Shown: positions 10,351-19,300 of the stretch, piece by piece | Position numbering within the stretch: the stretch's first letter is position 1 | Layout: every line of letters begins with the position of its first letter | NCBI GenBank assembly: GCA_026646655.1 | Contig: JAPKHT010000006.1 | Location: 4,183 to 68,182 of the forward strand | Source of the DNA: Verrucomicrobiia bacterium | GTDB taxonomy: Bacteria; Verrucomicrobiota; Verrucomicrobiia; JADLBR01 | Length of the DNA stretch: 64,000 nucleotides | Reading direction: 5' to 3' | Program-made: the position numbers and the translations under genes | The notes under the pieces: generated by a model | Databases searched by the model: none | What the model saw: only the letters and a program-made list of their open reading frames with translations | Told to the model about the DNA's origin: nothing

Positions 10351-11619
10351 ATGTCCCACGACGCCAAAGCCACCCGCTCCTTCTTGCGCACCAGCCTGAT
10401 GCTGTTCGTGTGCACCAACGCCTCGAGCGTCTTTCAGTTCGTGTTTCAGTCGCTGATGCGCCGGGAACTCCCGACGGGTGACTTCTCCCTGATGAACTCG
10501 GCCTTTGGCACGGCCTCCCTCACGGCGCTGCCGGTCGCGATCTGGGGACAGGTCTGGGTCCGGAAATTCTCCGAGATGCGCGCCCGCGGCCAGGTCGGCC
10601 TGGCGTTCGCCAGCGTCAGGCGATTCTCGGCCTACGCGCTGTTGCTGGCCCTGGCCGTCGTGGGCTTGGCCCTCGGCGCCGCGCCCGCCCTGGGGGCATT
10701 CCTCAACACGACCAACACGGCCGCCGTGATCGCCCTGGCTTTCTTGCTCGGCGCGAGCGTCGCATTCCCCATGACCGGGGTCGTGTTTCAGGGCATGCAA
10801 CTTTTCGGGGTCATGTCGCTCGTCGCCATCCTGGGACCGATCGTTCGGCTCACCCTCGGCCTGGTCCTGATCCACCACGGGCTCGGGGCCGCGGGTGGAA
10901 TCTGGGCCACCTCGACCGCCGCGCTCGTCCCCGCCGTCGTGGCCGCGCGCCTCATCCTCAGCCGCGGATGGTTCTCCCTGCCGCCCGAATCCGGCACGGC
11001 AACCACCGGCTGGCGGTTGCCCGACCTCTGGGTGCCCGCCGCCGGGGTCGCCATCACCACCATCCTGGTCAACACGGACTTCGTGCTGGTCCAGAGGTTC
11101 TTTGCCAAACCAGATGCCGACCGCTTCGCGACCGCCGCCATCTTCGGGCACAGCATGATCTTCTTTCTCATGCCCATCGCCTCGGTGCTCTTGCCCAAGG
11201 TCGTGGACCACTTCGAGGGCTGGGAGAAATCCGAGCGCAGCGTGGCGCGCAAGGCCCTCGCCCTGGGCCTCGGGCTGGCCCTGACCATGGCGCTCGCCGG
11301 CACCGCCCTCGCGCCCCTCGCGTTCACCATCTTCGCGGGCGAGTCCGACCCCGAGACCGTCGCCCTGATCCGATGGTTCCTGTGGGCCATCATCCCCACG
11401 GCCCTCGCATGCATTGGCATCAGCGCCCTCGTCGGGCGACTCCAGCAACGACTCATTCTCGCGTGCCTGATGGTCAGCCTCGCCCTGCCCGCACTCATTA
11501 TCTGGCGACACGAGACCGTGGGTCAGATCCTCGGGGCCCACCTCGCCGTGGGCGTCGCCCTCCTCGCCGTCATCGTGGGCGGCAATCTCCCCCGCCGCCG
11601 GTCCGATCATCGCGCGTGA
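10351..11619 (+). CDS. polytopic membrane protein, oligosaccharide/polysaccharide flippase-like (MOP superfamily)
   Basis: 422 aa with about 12 hydrophobic segments. General resemblance to Wzx/MurJ-type exporters; no diagnostic motif seen. Confidence 0.5.
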   Translation: MSHDAKATRSFLRTSLMLFVCTNASSVFQFVFQSLMRRELPTGDFSLMNSAFGTASLTALPVAIWGQVWVRKFSEMRARGQVGLAFASVRRFSAYALLLALAVVGLALGAAPALGAFLNTTNTAAVIALAFLLGASVAFPMTGVVFQGMQLFGVMSLVAILGPIVRLTLGLVLIHHGLGAAGGIWATSTAALVPAVVAARLILSRGWFSLPPESGTATTGWRLPDLWVPAAGVAITTILVNTDFVLVQRFFAKPDADRFATAAIFGHSMIFFLMPIASVLLPKVVDHFEGWEKSERSVARKALALGLGLALTMALAGTALAPLAFTIFAGESDPETVALIRWFLWAIIPTALACIGISALVGRLQQRLILACLMVSLALPALIIWRHETVGQILGAHLAVGVALLAVIVGGNLPRRRSDHRA

Positions 11620-11728
11620 TGCCGCGCCCGGATGACGCCGGATCTCGGCCCGATGCCCCTGCGGCACCGGCGCGCCCCCGCCCCGCCAGACTTGAACGCG
11701 GGCGCCCCCGCCCTTATCGTCGCCACCC

Positions 11729-12631
11729 ATGAGTGTCCTGATCGTGGGTTCGGTGGCGTTGGATTCGGTGCGCACGCAGCATGAGGCGCACGAGAATCTC
11801 CTCGGTGGCTCTGCGTCGTACGCCTCCGTCGCCGCGAGTTTCTTCGGCCCGGCCCGCATGGTCGGGATCGTCGGGGAGGACTTCCCGGGCGCCTATCTCG
11901 ATCTGTTCGCGGGCCGCGGCATCGACTGCGCCGGGTTGCAGCGGGCCAGGGGCAAGACTTTTGCCTGGAGCGGCGAGTACGAGACCAACATGAACAACCG
12001 CCGGACCCTCTCGGTCGCCCTCAACGTGTTCGAGACATTCCGACCCGATCTGCCGCCCGCGTGGCGGGACACCGAATTCGTCCTGCTGGCCAACATCGCC
12101 CCGGTCCTCCAGCACCATGTGCTGGACCAGATGCGCCGCCCCCGATTCGTCGTGGCCGACACGATGGACCTCTGGATCCAGACGACCCGGGATGACCTGG
12201 TCGGCTTACTGCGGCGCGTCGACATGCTGATCCTCAACGACAGCGAGGCCCGCGAACTCACCGGCATCGATTCGCTGCCCCGCGCCGCCGCCGCGTTGCG
12301 CGCGATGGGTCCCGCGTGGCTCGCGATCAAAAAGGGCGAGCACGGTTGCCTCCTCTTCGGGGACGACGAGTTCTTCACCGCCGGCGCCTTCCCGCTGGAG
12401 GAGGTCAAGGACCCGACGGGATGCGGGGATTGCTTCGCGGGCGGCCTGATCGGCCACCTCGCCGCGTCCCGCGCCACCGACGCGGCCGCCCTCAGGCGCG
12501 CCGTCGTCTACGGCAGCGTCATCGCCTCATTCAACGCGGAGTCCTTCAGCCTCAGGCGGCTGGAGGGCCTCACCAGGGCCGACGTCGACGCGCGCTTCGA
12601 GGCGTTCCGACGATTCAGCAGGTTCGAGTGA
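11729..12631 (+). CDS. PfkB-family carbohydrate kinase
   Basis: 300 aa. VGSVALD...LGGSASY N-terminal motif and C-terminal DPTGCGDCFAGG (PfkB signature 2). Confidence 0.8.
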   Translation: MSVLIVGSVALDSVRTQHEAHENLLGGSASYASVAASFFGPARMVGIVGEDFPGAYLDLFAGRGIDCAGLQRARGKTFAWSGEYETNMNNRRTLSVALNVFETFRPDLPPAWRDTEFVLLANIAPVLQHHVLDQMRRPRFVVADTMDLWIQTTRDDLVGLLRRVDMLILNDSEARELTGIDSLPRAAAALRAMGPAWLAIKKGEHGCLLFGDDEFFTAGAFPLEEVKDPTGCGDCFAGGLIGHLAASRATDAAALRRAVVYGSVIASFNAESFSLRRLEGLTRADVDARFEAFRRFSRFE

Positions 12632-13074
12632 AGAGGCACCCGCCATCGCAGGATGAGTCCGCGGCGCTCTTGCGCGCCAGTCGCCTGCGGGCGACCCCGG
12701 CGCGGATCGCGATCCTCAGGCTCCTGCGCGCGGCCCGGCGCCCCCTCTCCATCGACGAGATCCATCGGGGCCTGAGGCGCGCGGGGGATTGGGCCACGGT
12801 CTTTCGTTCCCTAAGGCACTTCGAGTCGGCGCGGATCGTGGCGCGCTGCGAGTTCGGCGACGGCCAATCCCGCTTCGAGTTGGTCTCCGGGGGCTGCGGC
12901 GCAGGCCACCACCACCACCACCTCGTGTGCCGCTCGTGCGGCAAGGTGCTCCACGTCGGCGACTGCGGCCTCGGTGACATCGAGCGGGATCTGCAGAAAC
13001 GCCACGGCTTTGCGGCGGTCACCCATTCCCTGGAATTCTTTGGCCTGTGCCCGAAGTGCCGGGCGAAAGGCTGA
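12628..13074 (+). CDS. Fur-family metal-responsive transcriptional regulator
   Basis: GTG 12628 overlaps the pfkB stop (GTGA). LRATPARIAILRLL wHTH, HHHHHLVCRSCGKV and CPKC metal-site motifs. Confidence 0.8.
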   Translation: MKRHPPSQDESAALLRASRLRATPARIAILRLLRAARRPLSIDEIHRGLRRAGDWATVFRSLRHFESARIVARCEFGDGQSRFELVSGGCGAGHHHHHLVCRSCGKVLHVGDCGLGDIERDLQKRHGFAAVTHSLEFFGLCPKCRAKG

Positions 13075-13121
13075 TGCTTTCCTTTCGACACCGGCTCCGC
13101 GCGCGCCCATAAAGGGACCGG

Positions 13122-13343
13122 ATGGAAGACAATAAAACGTTCCTCAAGATCAGCCGCGCCAATGGCGAACTCGTCTTCTTCAACCTGCGGCACATCTCGA
13201 TGGTGTTCGCCGATCCCACGGACCGGTCGATCCTCATCGTGGGCACGGGATTCGAGAAACGCTTTCGCTCCGAGGAAGCACTGCACGTCCTCCAGACCAT
13301 CGACCAGATGACGCTGACCGGTCCCGCCGACGGCGCTCACTGA
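13122..13343 (+). CDS. small hypothetical protein (73 aa)
   Basis: Non-biased composition (MEDNKTFLKISRANGELVFFNLRHISMVF...), unlike the shadow ORFs. AAAGGGA upstream of the ATG. No recognisable family. Confidence 0.4.
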   Translation: MEDNKTFLKISRANGELVFFNLRHISMVFADPTDRSILIVGTGFEKRFRSEEALHVLQTIDQMTLTGPADGAH

Positions 13344-14080
13344 GGCCCGGCCGCGACAATCTCCTCCAGCACGCGCCCCAGGTTCTCGCGCGCGAGCCCG
13401 AGGCCCGACACAAACCGCAGAAAAGCCACCGCGCCTCGGGGGCGCCGCGCCATCGCCCACAGCAACTTGCCCGGGGTTGGCTTCCTCGCCCGGGCATCCC
13501 ACGAGGCATCGAGCAGTGCCACGGGCAAGTCTTCCGACGCCGCATCGCTTATCGCGCGGACCCCCCCCCACGGGATGCCCAGCCGATCCGCGATCGGGCC
13601 GATCACCCCCGACTCCATCTCGCAGCACAGCGCCCCGCTCTCACGGAACAACCGGGCCTTGTCGGCCGCCCCACCGATCACGCGCGAAACGTGCAGGATG
13701 TTGCCCGCGACCGCCCGCCGCCCGCGGCCCAGCGAGGGCGGCGAGAAGCCGCTGGGAAAAACAGGCGCGACCACGACATCGCCGCGCCGCAACCCAGGAT
13801 CCAATCCCCCTCCATATCCCGCGATCCAAACGCGCGACAAGCGCGGCACCTGCGCGAGAAGCTCCCCCGCCGACCCCGCGACCGCCTCGCCCATCCCCGC
13901 GGCCATCACCACGGTCTCACGGCCCCCCAGGATGCCGGCAAACGCCGGAACCCCCCCGATCAGGTCGCGTCGCACATCGCCCATCCGCCACAGCACCGAC
14001 CCCAGCTCGTGAGGCACCGCAAAGAGGATCCCAACCCTGCCCGGGCCCGCGTCGTCCTGCAAATATCTCACGACCCTCAC
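13337..14080 (-). CDS. PNP/UDP_1-superfamily phosphorylase/nucleosidase-like protein
   Basis: 247 aa. GMGEAVAG, WIAGYGGGL, CCEMESGVIG resembling the MTA/SAH-nucleosidase EME(S/T) block. GTG start. Confidence 0.6.
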   Translation of the reverse strand: MRVVRYLQDDAGPGRVGILFAVPHELGSVLWRMGDVRRDLIGGVPAFAGILGGRETVVMAAGMGEAVAGSAGELLAQVPRLSRVWIAGYGGGLDPGLRRGDVVVAPVFPSGFSPPSLGRGRRAVAGNILHVSRVIGGAADKARLFRESGALCCEMESGVIGPIADRLGIPWGGVRAISDAASEDLPVALLDASWDARARKPTPGKLLWAMARRPRGAVAFLRFVSGLGLARENLGRVLEEIVAAGPQ

Positions 14081-14100
14081 AACTTACGCCGGCACCCACG

Positions 14101-14433
14101 GCCCGCCAAGCGTGCAGTCTGGCATCGCGGGCACGGGGCACGCCGGGGACGAGCATGCGGCCGAAGCCGTGAGGCCCTGGCCAAACGCCCGCGCGTTCGG
14201 CTACGGGAAACGCTGCGGCTATTCTCGAGCTAGCCCCGCCGACGGCGCGGGGACGCGCCGCATCATTCATGTGGAAACTCCTGGTGGGTCGCGGAGTGCC
14301 TGAAGGCACCACTACGAACATTCCCGTGGTCTTGTGCTCGTAGTGCCGCCTTCAGGCGGCATTCGCATAACCTACTGATGACGCGTATCTTGTGACACAC
14401 ATCGAAGTATCCCCAACTTTGAAGTTTCAGGTC
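14101..14433 (-). repeat. modular intergenic repeat, copy 2 (modules R + A(REP) + spacer + B + L), inverted relative to copy 1
   Basis: 14233..14436 is the reverse complement of 2241..2440 (about 92% by hand count). 14155..14234 carries the REP unit GCCGAAGCCGTGAGGCCCTGGCCAAACGCCCGCGCGTTCGGCTACGGG. Confidence 0.8.
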
Positions 14434-14509
14434 AGTCGCCCGAGCTTCGCTGGCCGCGGTCGCGGCATGCCTCTCCACTCTGGGGCTCGCCGCCGAAGGG
14501 CCGCGACCC

Positions 14510-16864
14510 GTGCGCCCGCTCATCGAACTCCACTTCAGCGCCGATACCCGGAACACGGGCACCCTCGGCGGCGAGGCCTCGCTCATCGAGTATGTTCCCG
14601 GCGAGGGCCCCGTGTTCGGCCCGGGCCGCCCGGGGACGGGGCTCGATCTCACCGCCAGCTCGCGGGGTGGAGGCACCCACCGCACGAAGGCCGGTGGCGC
14701 AGCCGTCGTGGATGCGCCTTCCCTCGGCGCGCTACAGCAGGTCACCATCGCGCTCTGGTGCAATCCCGACGGTCCCAATGCACCCGCCCGGCTGATTAGC
14801 CTCGGCTCCCGCGCCGATGTGTCTATCTCCGATGGCGCGCTCGGTTTCAAGGTCCGGCACAAGGGCGCCGACGTTTCATTCACCACCTCCCGCACCACGA
14901 TCGACATCGTTCCGGGTCAGTGGCACTTCCTGGCACTCACCCACGATGCCGCCTCTGGCCAGGCCCGCCTGTTTCACACCCTCCCCGGGGGCATCCCAAG
15001 CCCCGCGGCCACATGGTCCAACGTCCCATTGCCCGATGCCACCTCCGCCCATCTCGAGATCGGCAACCTCGGCGGCATCCGCCCATTCCGGGGACTGGTC
15101 GACGGTGTCCGCATCTACGATTCCGTCCTCTCCGCCGATCAGATCGCGGCAATCGCCGCATCCGACGAGCCCCCCTTCAGACCGCTGACCCATTCCCTTC
15201 TCAGCGCCCCGGTCCAACCGGCCTTCTTTCGGCCCAGCGATGTCTGCCTCACGAGTCGCACCAAGCACACGAACTCCGTCGAGACCCTCAAGGCCTTCCG
15301 CGCCAATCGCCTGCTGTGGTCCTACGCGCACGACGCCGAATTCGCGGACGCGTTGCGCGACGCCGGCGCCGAGACGTTCCAGGGCACCATCAACTCGCTC
15401 CCCGGCACGTCGGAAACCGCCGCCCATGCGCTCGACTTCGATGGGCGCCCCATGGTGGCGCCCTGGATGCGCGCGTTCAGCAAGAAGAGCCCGGTGTTCT
15501 GGGGCTGCAACAACCGGCCCCGCTTCATGGAGGTGTGCCTCGATCGCGCCAAGGCGGCCATCGCCGCCGGCGCCACCATGCTCCAGTTCGATGACTGGGC
15601 ACTGATCGCCAGCGCCTCAGGCTGGGGCGGCGCGTGCTTCTGCGAGCAGTGCATGGCCGCGTTCCCCGACGACATCCGCGCCCACCTCTCCGCCGGGGAA
15701 CTCGCGCAGCTCGGGATCCCGAAGGGCGGTCCTTTCGACTACCGCGCCTATCTCGCCGAACGACACGGCATCACCAATGCCGCCGCCTACATGGCCCAGA
15801 AGAAGACCCTGCCCACGACCCCGCACTTCGAGTCCTTCCATCGCCGTTCCATCCGCGCCTTCTTCCAGAGGCTGGACAAGGCGATCGCCGCGATCGCCGG
15901 GCACCGCGTCCCGATGTCGATCAACGCCAACTTCTCTCGACCGTCCCAAAGCCAGGCCTTCCTGACCGACATCGTCGATTTCCTCCAGGGGGAGACGCTG
16001 CACTTTACGCCCGACCCGCTGGCGCTCGCCGCCAAGTGCGCGGAGTCCCTCGGCAAGTGGCACGTCTTCGTCTCGCAGAGTCTCGATGTCCCCGACGCGC
16101 GCGCCGGCATCGCCACCATCTACGCCCTCGGCCAGCTCCCGATGATCCCGTGGGACATGTACATGGGCAGCGACGAGACCAGTATCCAGCCCCGCGGCTG
16201 GGGCACCGTCGACCAATACGGCGACCTCTTCCACTTCGCGCGCGGCAACCCCGGTCTCTTCGATGGCTTCGGCTCCGTGGCGACCGTCGGCCTCATCGTG
16301 GATCTCGATCACTTCGATCGCACCCGCACCCTCCGAGCCTGCCGCCGACTTCTCGACGCGCAGGTCCCCTTCGCGGTCATCCCGGTCGGCCACGAATACT
16401 ACGACGTCCCCCTCCGCGCCGAACGCCTCGCCACGTTCGACGCACTCGCGCTCTGCGCGAACATGGGCGAACTCGCCGGCCCCGACCGCGCCGCCCTCGT
16501 CAAGGCCGCCGCCGCGACACCCCTGCTCGACCCCGAACGCGCGGCGGACTCCGCGCTCGCTCCATTCTCGATCGCCGAGGTCTGGGGCCCCCGCGAGATC
16601 CACGTGATCGCGCGCGCGCGGCCCCGCGCGGCAGATCGGACCCTGCTCCTTCACATCATCAATCGCGCCTCCCCCAACACCGAGATCAAATGGCTCTCGT
16701 TCCTGCTGCGCCCCCGCGCCTTCCTCGGGCCCCAGATCGCATCGGTCCGGTGGCATGCCCCCGGCCAACCGACCACCGACCTCGAGCGCGAGACGCTCCC
16801 GGGCGGCACGCGGATCCTCATACCGAGAGTCCGCGAGTGGGGCATCGCCGAAATCGAGTTTTAA
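14510..16864 (+). CDS. LamG/concanavalin-like domain protein with large C-terminal domain of unknown (possibly glycan-processing) function
   Basis: 784 aa. The N-terminal ~200 aa fit the Laminin_G_3 pattern (LDLTAS...VTIALWCNPD...GQWHFLALTHD...GLVDGVRIYDSVLSADQI). The rest is conserved-looking but unassigned. Start is problematic (see findings). Confidence 0.7.
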   Translation: MRPLIELHFSADTRNTGTLGGEASLIEYVPGEGPVFGPGRPGTGLDLTASSRGGGTHRTKAGGAAVVDAPSLGALQQVTIALWCNPDGPNAPARLISLGSRADVSISDGALGFKVRHKGADVSFTTSRTTIDIVPGQWHFLALTHDAASGQARLFHTLPGGIPSPAATWSNVPLPDATSAHLEIGNLGGIRPFRGLVDGVRIYDSVLSADQIAAIAASDEPPFRPLTHSLLSAPVQPAFFRPSDVCLTSRTKHTNSVETLKAFRANRLLWSYAHDAEFADALRDAGAETFQGTINSLPGTSETAAHALDFDGRPMVAPWMRAFSKKSPVFWGCNNRPRFMEVCLDRAKAAIAAGATMLQFDDWALIASASGWGGACFCEQCMAAFPDDIRAHLSAGELAQLGIPKGGPFDYRAYLAERHGITNAAAYMAQKKTLPTTPHFESFHRRSIRAFFQRLDKAIAAIAGHRVPMSINANFSRPSQSQAFLTDIVDFLQGETLHFTPDPLALAAKCAESLGKWHVFVSQSLDVPDARAGIATIYALGQLPMIPWDMYMGSDETSIQPRGWGTVDQYGDLFHFARGNPGLFDGFGSVATVGLIVDLDHFDRTRTLRACRRLLDAQVPFAVIPVGHEYYDVPLRAERLATFDALALCANMGELAGPDRAALVKAAAATPLLDPERAADSALAPFSIAEVWGPREIHVIARARPRAADRTLLLHIINRASPNTEIKWLSFLLRPRAFLGPQIASVRWHAPGQPTTDLERETLPGGTRILIPRVREWGIAEIEF

Positions 16865-17514
16865 TCCAGCGCCCGGATCCGGATGTTCCGCCAGGCCACG
16901 TCATATGGCCCCTGGCCCCGGGGGATCCCGTGCACCTGTAGCCCGATAAACCCTCGCGGGTATGCCTGGCAGATGGCCTCATCGCTGAGGTCCTCGATCG
17001 CCCGCCCGTTGATCCACGTCTGGATCCGGGGCCCCTTCGCCACCACGCGAAATTGATTCCACTCCTCATCCCGAAAAGCCTTGTGCGGCTTGAGCCGCTC
17101 CTTGGGCGTCAGCCAGCCGCGCCCCGTCGCCTCCCCGTACACGTACCCGGCTTCGGCGCCCTTGTCCCCGCTGGCCTCGATCTCCACCTGCGGGCCATGC
17201 ACTCGCCCGTTGCCCCCTTTCGCCTTCGAGCGGATCTGCACCCCCGAGTTCAGCCTGGGGTGCACCCTGACCTCAAACTCCAGTTCGAAATCCCCGTGCT
17301 CGCTCTCCGTGCACAGGAACGAATTTGGGCTTCCCTCCGTATTCCTCCCCACGATGGCGCCATCCTCGACGGAGAACTTCGCGGTCCCGTTCCTCTGCAC
17401 CCACCCGGTCAGCGTCTTCCCGTCGAACAGCTCCACCCACTCGCCGCCGTAGGCCGCGGCTAACCAGCAGCATGCCATCAGCCCGGCCAACACCCTGACC
17501 ACGTCCTTCCTCAC
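16861..17514 (-). CDS. secreted DUF1080-family protein (3-keto-disaccharide hydrolase-like)
   Basis: GTG 17514 overlaps the upstream stop (GTGA). Signal peptide VRKDVVRVLAGLMACCWLAAAYG, then LFDGKTLTGW...F.VEDGAIVG...DFELEFEVR...NSGVQIR...GFIGLQVHG...V.WRNIRI. Confidence 0.75.
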   Translation of the reverse strand: MRKDVVRVLAGLMACCWLAAAYGGEWVELFDGKTLTGWVQRNGTAKFSVEDGAIVGRNTEGSPNSFLCTESEHGDFELEFEVRVHPRLNSGVQIRSKAKGGNGRVHGPQVEIEASGDKGAEAGYVYGEATGRGWLTPKERLKPHKAFRDEEWNQFRVVAKGPRIQTWINGRAIEDLSDEAICQAYPRGFIGLQVHGIPRGQGPYDVAWRNIRIRALD

Positions 17515-19085
17515 CCCTCCATGACCCTCGCCAGCCATTTCGTCCGATATCCGTTGAGCGCCCTGGCCACTTCGCCTGCCAGCGCGTCCACCCGCTTGTA
17601 CCGGACGCCCAGTGGCGACGTGTCCACCTCGTACGGGTGGATCCCGAGACATGCCGCCTTGCCGCAGATCGCCGCACCCAGGGTCGTCGTCTCGCTGACC
17701 GGTTGGCCGTCCTTGTCGAACATCGCGTACGTCTCGCGGCCCGTCAGCGTCGCGACGAGCGCCGCGAAGCACGGGTCCTTCGAGCCCCCCGCCGTCAGCA
17801 CCACCGGCACGGACGCGTCCTGCGCGATCGCGTCCACCTGCTGCGCCACGGCCAGCGCCGTCATCACGTTCGTCGCCAGGAATGCAACCTCCGCATCCGC
17901 AAAGAACGCCGCCTCGCCAATGACCCTGCCCTTCACGTCGGGGAACGGCCCCGTCTTGTGCAGCGACGGCTCGACGTTCGGCAGCACGAACACCTCGCCC
18001 CCGGCCAAGAACCGCCCGATCGCCGCGGGGTCCGCGGTTCGCTTAAATCCCTTTCCCTTCTCCTGCGCGAGCTTCTTCAGGCAACTGAAATCGGCCCCAC
18101 TCCCATACCGTCCGGTCGTCACCGGTTCGCCGTCCACCGTGCCCTGGATGATGATGTCCCGCGTGAAGCCATCGCCGGGCACCTTGGCCGTCCCGCCCAC
18201 CTGAGCGATCATCGCCCATGTCCCCGCCTCGACCTGCAAGACCGGCTTGCCGGCCATCCCCGGAAATGCCTGATAGAACGTCGAAAGCACGGGGATGTGC
18301 GAGAGGCACGTGTCGTGCCCGCCGGCAATCACCAGCGTGCGCCCCCTGAGCCCCAGGCGCTTCGCCTGCCCCTCGGGCATCTGGCCCAGCGCGCGATAGC
18401 ACACAGAAGTGGCCTCGGGCACCAGCCGCCCGAACGCCCCCACCCTCTTGGCCGCACGGCTCGGTGTCCCCGCCTTCGCCCGCACATCGCGGGTGCCCGA
18501 GTGACACATCCAATAGCTGTGCTCGTTGCCCGCGAGTCGGATCGCCGCCAGATAATCCCCGCCGATGAAATGCCCGCCCATCAGTGCCCCGTAATGCGCG
18601 AACCCCGCCGCGCGCGCCAGCACCTCCGGTCGCTCCATCTCCTCGAAAAGAAATCGCTTCAGCAGCGTCAGCGAGCCCGGAAAATCCCGTATCGATCCGG
18701 TCTCTTCGAAAAATGCCTCGCGCGAGCCCGCGATCTCCGCGAAGCGCTCGTCCACCCGCGCCGGATAGCCCTGGGTGTAGGCCAGCGTGAGCCCCTCCCC
18801 CGGCACCTCGACCAGCGAGTTGTCCGCACCCACCAGGCCGCCCGACGCGCCCCGCGCCACCGGGGCCACGACCGCGGCCTTCCTCAGGCCCTCGCCCATG
18901 CCCCGCATCGCCTCCTCGAACCACCGGAACTCCGCCCCCGTCTCGTTGTACTTCAGGCCGTCGCGCTCCACCTTCGGGCTGTCCGTCACCGAGGAGTGCA
19001 CCGTCGCCAGCGTCTCGTAATCCAACCCCTCCAGCTTGATGTTCGATGCCCCATCCACGGGAACCAGTATCGTCTTGTCGCCCAT
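17511..19085 (-). CDS. ASKHA-fold sugar kinase, FGGY-family-like
   Basis: ATG 19085 preceded by GGAGG. MGDKTILVPVDGASNIKLEG (phosphate-1-like), VIAGGHDTC, VLTAGGSKDPCF. The first 45 codons of the supplied ORF are discarded. Confidence 0.6.
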   Translation of the reverse strand: MGDKTILVPVDGASNIKLEGLDYETLATVHSSVTDSPKVERDGLKYNETGAEFRWFEEAMRGMGEGLRKAAVVAPVARGASGGLVGADNSLVEVPGEGLTLAYTQGYPARVDERFAEIAGSREAFFEETGSIRDFPGSLTLLKRFLFEEMERPEVLARAAGFAHYGALMGGHFIGGDYLAAIRLAGNEHSYWMCHSGTRDVRAKAGTPSRAAKRVGAFGRLVPEATSVCYRALGQMPEGQAKRLGLRGRTLVIAGGHDTCLSHIPVLSTFYQAFPGMAGKPVLQVEAGTWAMIAQVGGTAKVPGDGFTRDIIIQGTVDGEPVTTGRYGSGADFSCLKKLAQEKGKGFKRTADPAAIGRFLAGGEVFVLPNVEPSLHKTGPFPDVKGRVIGEAAFFADAEVAFLATNVMTALAVAQQVDAIAQDASVPVVLTAGGSKDPCFAALVATLTGRETYAMFDKDGQPVSETTTLGAAICGKAACLGIHPYEVDTSPLGVRYKRVDALAGEVARALNGYRTKWLARVMEG

Positions 19086-19231
19086 ATGCCTCCGATTCGG
19101 AGCCGCGGACCCATGTCCCCGGGCCGCGCGCGCCGTGGCCCGGAATCTACCAACGCCCCCGGGGCCTTGGCCAGACCACACTTGATCCAGGTCAGAGATG
19201 ATGCCCGTCGCGACGGGCACGACCGGGGAAG

Positions 19232-19300
19232 GAAATGTAGCCGAGACCGCGCGGCTTTGCCGGCCAAACGCTTACGCGTTCGGCTACGAGAGCCTTCGAG
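19232..19300 (-). repeat. REP-like palindromic unit (module A)
   Basis: GAAATGTAGCCGAGACCGCGCGGCTTTGCCGGCCAAACGCTTACGCGTTCGGCTACGAG. Outer stem GTAGCCGA/TCGGCTAC. Same unit at 14155, 24541, 29374 and 35142. Confidence 0.7.

Noticed and set aside
14112-14303. Short ORFs inside the modular repeats (e.g. 14112..14303, 14392..14799, 2083..2292, 24591..25016)
   Set aside because: They lie within repeated palindromic DNA in either orientation, have Arg/Pro-rich translations, and are not conserved as reading frames between copies.
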